Positions 37,701 to 42,381 of a stretch of DNA of 42,381 nt are shown here, piece after piece; the stretch's first letter is position 1; the number at the start of each line of letters is the position of its first letter. Origin of the DNA: Octopus bimaculoides (Eukaryota); NCBI RefSeq assembly GCF_001194135.2, contig NC_068988.1, positions 93,726,280 to 93,768,660 of the forward strand, written 5' to 3'. The translations under genes were made by a program, and so were the position numbers. The notes under the pieces are model-generated. The model was not told the DNA's origin and ran no database searches. It saw only the letters and a program-made list of their open reading frames with translations.

Positions 37701-38601
37701 CCAGTCGGACCGTCCAACCCATGCCAGCATGGAAAGCAGACGTTAAACAATAATGATGATGATGATATGTCTGTGTGTGTGTGTGTGTGTGTGCACGTGT
37801 GTGTTACACACACACACACACACATACATGTATGTGTATAGAGTGCACCTCAACAGAAAGGAAGAGTGTTAGAGTAAATAACTGCATGTGCAGTGTTGAG
37901 GGGTTAAAGCGTGATAGGAGGGACAGGAACAGTTTTGTTCTTGTGAAGGTCTCCAAGGCAACCTAAACAAAAGGGGCCAAGAGAAATAACTCAAACATGT
38001 TAACAACATGAATTTGGATAACAAATAGGTGAATGTTTTTTTTTCTGTTTGTTTTGTTTTTTTCTTATTTGTTTCAACCATTGGACAGCAGCAATGCAGG
38101 AGTCGATTCATTCAACTACAATTGTTTAAGATGGGTGCTCCATTTTGGCCACAGTCTAATGACCGGAACAAGCAAGAGATAAAAGATGTGTAATAAATTT
38201 ACTTACTCGTATAACACGGTGTCGACTTCTCTTTAATTATGTCCAAAAGACTCTTCAGACTGCTTTCTGTGAAGCATACGCTGCTGCCCATACTATCGCT
38301 ATTCAAGCATTCTTTACTTACATCCATTTTTTCAACACTTTTCAAATTTAAGGAAAACTTTAAAGATTTCTTCAGAATGGCTCTGTTGAGTTCTTTCAAA
38401 CATAGAACAATATTTTGGTTATCCACACCGGCTAAACTAATATAGGGTGGATCTTCATCAATAGAACAGTATTGATAGTGAGCATTTTGCTGCTCCGAGG
38501 AAGATTTTTGCTGGTCCATGTGTTGTAAGGATTTCAAGCTTTTGCAGATATTTCCAAAACCAGAGAATTTGTTAAAAGTTACTTCAAGAAGATCTTTGAA
38601 A
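18537..38601 (-). CDS. Multi-exon gene (15 coding exons found) encoding a probable pseudokinase: about 330 aa unassigned N-terminal region plus C-terminal TK/TKL-like kinase fold; 5' end not resolved
   Basis: 15 exons, each flanked by a polypyrimidine-AG acceptor and (except the last) a GT donor, with matching intron phases, give one stop-free frame of 576 codons plus TGA. Kinase landmarks appear in order: YVIVTK (beta3 Lys), SECF (alphaC Glu), ELYFCSKFY (beta5/hinge), [22 protein letters not shown] (alphaE/catalytic loop), QLTNFHLG (DFG position), LPPE (APE), [13 protein letters not shown] (alphaF), [19 protein letters not shown] (alphaH-alphaI). Confidence 0.88.
18625..19170 (-). mobile_element. 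5'-truncated R4/Dong LINE (endonuclease domain plus 3' UTR) flanked by (TAA)n
   Basis: [16 protein letters not shown]...[26 protein letters not shown]; TAA repeats at both ends. Confidence 0.9.
20178..20249 (-). CDS. Pseudokinase exon N (72 nt; [24 protein letters not shown])
   Basis: Acceptor tttttgctttgcgttttag, donor GTAAGT, phase 0/0; TK/TKL-like alphaH. Confidence 0.88.
20362..20407 (-). ncRNA. Minimal type I hammerhead ribozyme motif (Penelope-like element type)
   Basis: Minus strand: GACAC CUGAAGA A GGCUG-loop-CAGCU GAA AC GU U GUGUU. Stem I GACAC/GUGUU, stem II GGCUG/CAGCU, palindromic ACGU stem III. Confidence 0.65.
20543..20612 (-). mobile_element. tRNA-like SINE head (not a functional tRNA)
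   Basis: A box TGGCGTAGTGG and B box GAGTTCGATTCC, but no proper acceptor stem; runs into (GAT)n. Confidence 0.7.
20731..20862 (-). CDS. Pseudokinase exon M (132 nt from the proximal acceptor; [23 protein letters not shown]...VWGE)
   Basis: DVWG alphaF motif; donor GAG/GTAAAT; three in-frame acceptors would start the exon at 20862, 20904 or 20946. Confidence 0.88.
20837..20962. repeat. 3 x 42-bp tandem repeat spanning an intron/exon junction
   Basis: Units 20837-20878, 20879-20920 and 20921-20962. Confidence 0.97.
20996..21197 (+). mobile_element. Family B SINE copy
   Basis: Head ggcagcgagctg, B box gagttcaaattcc, Deu/Nin-like core; a similar copy lies at 27375-27580. Confidence 0.8.
21797..22020 (+). 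mobile_element. Family C interspersed repeat (associated with RTE 3' ends; (CAT)n at one end)
   Basis: ttccatgctggcatgggttggacg...gatgcccttcctaacgccaaccac; copies at 25960-26222, 26470-26725, 28340-28650, 36547-36770 and 37530-37765. It follows the RTE C-terminal fragment across the gap at 36203. Confidence 0.8.
22723..22853 (-). CDS. Pseudokinase exon L (131 nt; [19 protein letters not shown]...LPPE)
   Basis: Acceptor gtggtttttcag, donor GTAAGT; phase 1 in, phase 0 out; matches subdomains VIb-VIII. Confidence 0.9.
23106..23715 (+). mobile_element. Internally deleted DD34D mariner element
   Basis: TA-bounded imperfect TIRs; DNARPH...[12 protein letters not shown] with 34 residues between the two Asp. 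Confidence 0.9.
24236..24355 (-). CDS. Pseudokinase exon K (120 nt; PLHRKL...NGILFLAWT, alphaD-alphaE-catalytic loop)
   Basis: Acceptor attcctattgcag, donor GTAAGT, phase 1/1; kinase alphaE pattern [13 protein letters not shown]. Confidence 0.9.
24613..24763 (-). CDS. Pseudokinase exon J (151 nt; CQNVQ...[10 protein letters not shown], alphaC-beta5)
   Basis: Acceptor tttgttattccag, donor G/GTATGT; phase 0 in, phase 1 out. Confidence 0.85.
25284..25415 (-). CDS. Pseudokinase exon I (132 nt; FSNTCEFES...KKYVIVTK, beta3 strand)
   Basis: Acceptor cttgcttgtttcag, donor GTAAGT, phase 0/0. Confidence 0.85.
26337..26424 (-). CDS. Pseudokinase exon H (88 nt; [11 protein letters not shown]...TTQFFK)
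   Basis: Acceptor tttttgttctttattcag, donor AAG/GTAAAG; phase 2 in and phase 0 out bridge exons G and I. Confidence 0.82.
26752..27061. mobile_element. MITE with about 95-bp imperfect TIRs (Tc1/mariner-pogo-like TA-CAGT left end)
   Basis: agtaaagtttgtttgtcaacgtaacatggc...ccatctggctata is the reverse complement of tataaccagctgg...gttggcaaacaatctttact. Confidence 0.85.
27706..27985 (+). repeat. Dispersed repeat, direct copy 1 (copy 2 at about 28790-29045)
   Basis: Shared blocks caccacatcac, caaccaactggttc.aagtcaacaa, tgattgttatttttgt and cagtgttataaacaaac. Confidence 0.75.
28078..28229 (-). CDS. Pseudokinase exon G (152 nt; GKKYVKTLQ...GCTQFSR)
   Basis: Acceptor tttcatcaatttacag, donor AG/GTACGT; phase 0 in, phase 2 out. 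Confidence 0.8.
29574..29654 (-). CDS. Pseudokinase exon F (81 nt; [10 protein letters not shown]...TASKNK)
   Basis: Acceptor cttatttctatag, donor AAG/GTAACT, phase 0/0. Confidence 0.7.
29767..29811 (-). CDS. Pseudokinase exon E (45 nt; [15 protein letters not shown])
   Basis: Acceptor cttgttattcag, donor GTGAGA, phase 0/0. Confidence 0.7.
29912..29947 (-). CDS. Pseudokinase exon D (36 nt; [12 protein letters not shown])
   Basis: Acceptor attgtttccag, donor GTATGT, phase 0/0. An alternative AG 13 nt upstream would be out of frame. Confidence 0.7.
30096..30191 (-). CDS. Pseudokinase exon C (96 nt; [10 protein letters not shown]...SDEDCIE)
   Basis: Acceptor ctcttttatag, donor GTAAGT; only frame 0 is open. 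Confidence 0.8.
30330..31360 (-). mobile_element. CR1/L2-group LINE reverse transcriptase fragment
   Basis: [56 protein letters not shown]. Confidence 0.93.
31365..31515 (-). mobile_element. Mariner N-terminal fragment
   Basis: [29 protein letters not shown]. Confidence 0.85.
31517..31732. repeat. Compound (TA)n/(CA)n microsatellite
   Basis: Direct reading. Confidence 0.97.
31930..31958 (-). CDS. Pseudokinase exon B (29-nt micro-exon; (N)FIQLGSVEM)
   Basis: Acceptor tttattttacag, donor GTAAGT; phase 1 in and phase 0 out bridge exons A and C exactly. Confidence 0.75.
33104..33367 (+). mobile_element. Mariner N-terminal HTH fragment
   Basis: [13 protein letters not shown]...[21 protein letters not shown]. 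Confidence 0.9.
33480..34400 (+). mobile_element. Decayed DNA transposase, probably CMC/Chapaev3-like
   Basis: [58 protein letters not shown]. The transposase call is firm; the superfamily is from memory. Confidence 0.75.
34885..35750 (-). mobile_element. RTE-clade LINE RT fragment interrupted by a piggyBac-like MITE
   Basis: VQVGVH...[15 protein letters not shown]...WKQDLESKG, then after the [24 protein letters not shown]. Confidence 0.88.
35002..35214. mobile_element. piggyBac-like MITE
   Basis: TTAA-CCCTTTC ... GAAAGGG-TTAA. Confidence 0.85.
36063..36202 (+). mobile_element. RTE LINE C-terminal fragment
   Basis: [27 protein letters not shown]. Confidence 0.9.
38207..38601 (-). CDS. Pseudokinase exon A (395 nt; FKDLLEVTF...KEKSTPCYT)
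   Basis: Acceptor ttttccttttcag, donor GTAAGT, open frame throughout (overlaps ORF 38199-38537); phase 2 in, phase 1 out. Confidence 0.8.
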
Positions 38602-39164
38602 CTGAAAAGGAAAATGAAATTGTGTTAAAGGAAATAAAATATACATATTCTGAATACTACTTGCAACAGAATTTTAAACAAAAAGAAAACATAATTTACA
38701 TTATTTACATTTGACAGATATTTGATGGATATTTGTCCTCATCTTGTTTGTTGTTAACCTTAATCAAACTGTGCTGTATTTGGGTCCTTTTTCGCATTAT
38801 ATAACAGAATATGGCACAGTCTGACAAAGGTAAGCAAACAGACACTTTGAAGTTACTTTCAACTCATTACCACATAAAAAGTTAATAAACAGGAACTCAA
38901 CTAAAACCTATCGATTACTCTTTCATTGGGATGCTAAATTGTTTTCCTTTCAGGGTCAATAAATTAAGTACCAGTTGCATACTGAGGTCGATCTAATTAG
39001 CTGTCCCTCTCCTCAAAAATTTCGGGCTTTGTGTCTAGAGTAGAAAAGACTGTTTTTATGCAACTTGGCATAAGAATGAGCATTAATCTACATCATCATC
39101 GATTAACATCCATTTTCCATGATGGCATGGATTGGACAACATACATACATACACACCTACATTC

Positions 39165-39420
39165 AATGATGAGTGAAAAAGAGAACACCTATGCTGAACT
39201 ATTGAGAACTCAGCAGTTACTCTATCCAGATTACAAGTTCAGGTTTTTACCTGTAATTATTGGGGCCCTGGGATATATAACACACTGCCTAAATACCAAT
39301 CTTGAGAAATTAGGCTTCTCAAAACCTGAAAGGAGAAAGCTAATTTAAAGACTACAGATCCAGTCCGTCACTGGAACTGTAAAAATCTGTAAAACTTTCC
39401 AGAAGTTTATCATTTAAATA
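39165..39420 (+). mobile_element. R4/Dong-type LINE extreme 3' end
   Basis: EKENTYAELLR...FLPVIIGALG...QSVTGTVKICKTFQKF; same family as 5040-6295. Confidence 0.85.
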
Positions 39421-39662
39421 TATATGAGCATGTCTAGATATGCAACTATATGCATGAGAATACATACATAAAGCAAAACATACAAATCTGCACATATACA
39501 TACATACATACCTACATACATACATACATACGCACATACAAAAATAGCCTGTTGTTGATATTGAAATTCCAATGAAGGAGCCTTGGATCTTGGTTAGAAA
39601 CCGGTTCTTTCTCTATTGGCAAAAAATATTGAAATGAAACTGAATAATCACACACACACACA

Positions 39663-39701
<39 letters not shown>

Positions 39702-41787
39702 ACATATGGAGACAGGGCAAACGAAACCGACAGGGATTCTCCAGATTCAGTGAAGATTTGAAAGACATTCTAACAATTTTCCATGTGAGGTTTTACGTTA
39801 TGGGTGAACATTTCGGATCTTGTGAGTTTTCAGAAGTCCTCCATCACCCCTGGAAAAGATTTTAGCCATTAATTTCTTAATTTCTTCATAATTGTAATGT
39901 ATGCTGATTGAAAGGTATTTATATAAAATTTCATCTAAAAAGAAAAAACATTTTCCTAAAAGTTATGAAGGAAAAGCTCGGATCTTGTGAATTTTCTGAA
40001 GTCACCGCCCCACCATTGCTTTCCGCGCTTTTTTGTTTTCATATTCGTTTCCAACACATTTTTTTTACACCTGTTGCATTATTTATTTATTTTATTTCGT
40101 TTCCGCGTACAATTGTAAACATTAATGAAATCTAGGCATTCATTCGGAGTATATCCGGAAATTATCTAGTGCGTCGAAATTCATCATTTTTACGGACATG
40201 TGTACTTCTAGCATCGTAGATCTCGAATCTGATTTCGAAATATATGATAAGAGAAGAGTTGGAAATATTATCCCATCCCTTTTCCTTAATTTATTAGTTC
40301 TGACGGTTTTTTTTTTCTATAATGTTTTCGGATTTACGTTACATATAAGACTTGTAATCCCAGATGTTTAGAAAATAAATCGGAAAAAAATAATAAAACA
40401 AGAAAATTGGTGAAAATGGGACAGCCTTCCTTCTTAAAATGTCTCTGCTCCAAGGGAAACACTTCCCTACATATTTGTAATGTGCAATGCTTAGAGCATA
40501 GTAATAAGAAAAAAATTAAACTATTTGGTACATCAGATAATTTCCGACTCTATTATAAAGGAATACCAAATCTTCTATCCCAGCTGAAGAGTTTTAAAAC
40601 CCGGAAACCCCTGTTAAGAACAACGAACAAAATCTCCGATGCTATCTCGGTCATATGTGACAACGTGATAGAGTGACAGAATTAGTTGTAAGTCAGATGA
40701 AATACCAGACCGTTCTTAGAATTCCACGTCCGAACCTCGGCGATTCAGCTTCATTTTTCCAGAGTCAATTACATAGGTCACTGGTCAACAAAAAACAGTA
40801 ACTTTATCGATTTAATTGGCCAACACTCTCCTTCACAAATTGTAATCGTTACATATTATTTTAGAGGAGCGAAAACAGAGAAAATAACGAGTTAGGTTCC
40901 TATGGGGAGCTTTGATGTGTAACACACACACACACACACACAGACACACACACACACACACAATTCAAGAAGGAAGTCGCTCGGGCAGTTAGAAATAACA
41001 GCCAAAACTATTCTCAGATTGCTCCACAGTATTCGAGGAAGGAAAGATCACATTGGGTAATAAATTCCTAAATACACTTAAAAACCGAAAAAGAAATGGT
41101 TTTGTTTGGTTTGTTGATGCTAATAATTATAGGTAAACAACAACAAAATTTTTTGTGGCAAAATCAGACAATTTGTTGCCAAATAAAACTGCGAAGTTAA
41201 TGCCCTTACTGAAAATTTTAATAAACATCATAAATTATTTCCTTTATCAAGTATTAAAACCTAGAAATGAATGTTTCCGATAAATAAAGCAATTTAGAAC
41301 TAGAAATTCCGGCGATCTTACGTTATTTAATCGAAATTCCCAACAAATGGTTTCAAAACAGTTTTAACAGACATTTTGAAAGAATTAGAAGAAAGTTCTC
41401 CGATAATTTTCTTTCATGTAAATAAATGTCTACGTTAATTTAAGAATTTGCTAGCAAAATATTATAAAATGACAATATTCTAAACGATGTACATGTTTAT
41501 ATGTTATATATGGAAATGAAAGCTCTTCTTATAAATTGAAAAAAGATATATGATACAAATTAGTACATATGCGTGCGGACCTAGCGTTTTATTTATTTTT
41601 ACAATAAAATTCCGATATAACCGTAATTAACACCATCTGACAAGTATTTGGAGAAAATTTCACGAAAAAAAAAAAGAACATAACTGAAGATTATGACGAA
41701 AGAAAATCAGGAATAAAATAAATAAAAAAGAACAAATAAAATTAAAGTTTTTATAAAGTGTTTTGGCCGACAACCCTCACTCCGATT

Positions 41788-41820
<33 letters not shown>

Positions 41821-42284
41821 TGATAATAATTGACAAATAAGAACTCACACGGACCGTAAAAAGTAATTAAAATAAACAACAAAAACATTTTCAATAACTG
41901 TAGCATAATTACCAGGAAAAAAAACAAAAAACGCGTACCTATTTTTGCCCTTTCTTTTTCACGCTTAGGCTTTGCGCCTTAAACAAAACCAGACTCTGGA
42001 GGATTTCGCAGTGAACATCATGTATTCGTTCATTCTTGTGATTTTTCTCCGAGTCTTTTAAAAATGTCCAACTCATAAATGGACCAAAAATGAGGCAGAA
42101 ATATTCTGCTTGTGGTAATTGAAGCAGGGTTAGTTACGACTGCTCTAGATTAGTTACGTCATGTAGCTATGTACATACAATTAAGATCGCGTAGTGTTTA
42201 TATAACAATGAAAAGTACATAGAAGCTGACCTGTTTCGAAGCAGGAACAGGGTTCCGCTAACTGAAATAAGCACGCAATATACA

Positions 42285-42306
42285 TACATGCACGCGCGCG
42301 CACGCG

Positions 42307-42381
<75 letters not shown>
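42285..42381. repeat. (CG)/(CA)n microsatellite
   Basis: Direct reading. Confidence 0.99.

Noticed and set aside
40407-40676. 89-aa plus-strand ORF
   Set aside because: No recognisable motif or convincing splice sites; length is compatible with chance.
41938-42150. Possible non-coding first exon of the pseudokinase (donor AG/GTACGC)
   Set aside because: All three frames are closed before the donor and nothing else supports it; cannot be called without RNA data.
42225-42265. Third hammerhead-like GAAAC..GTC motif
   Set aside because: The CUGANGA core is missing.

Overview
AT-rich, microsatellite- and transposon-dense eukaryotic DNA with six N-gaps (2793-3170, 3975-4333, 8852-9743, 23933-24091, 32067-33000, 36203-36546). 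The SINE, RTE, R4/Dong and mariner content is what I would expect from a cephalopod (Octopus-like) genome; this is inference. The main feature is invisible in the ORF track: a minus-strand gene assembled by hand from 15 GT-AG exons with fully compatible phases (38601 to 18537, about 576 aa, 5' end unresolved). It encodes an unassigned N-terminal region plus a C-terminal protein-kinase fold whose catalytic motifs are lost (HRD to FLA, DFG to NFH, no GxGxxG), so it is a probable pseudokinase. One of its splice acceptors is triplicated in frame as a 42-bp tandem repeat. Its introns carry a Penelope-type hammerhead ribozyme motif and several inverted-repeat pairs that bracket exons. A second candidate gene is a 213-codon multi-membrane-spanning ORF (11061-11702, minus) lying just downstream of a TIR element that carries octamer and CCAAT motifs. 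The rest is decayed LINEs (R4/Dong, RTE, CR1-group), mariner and Chapaev-like transposase relics, MITEs, SINEs and simple repeats. Repeat boundaries are approximate; exon boundaries were indexed base by base.
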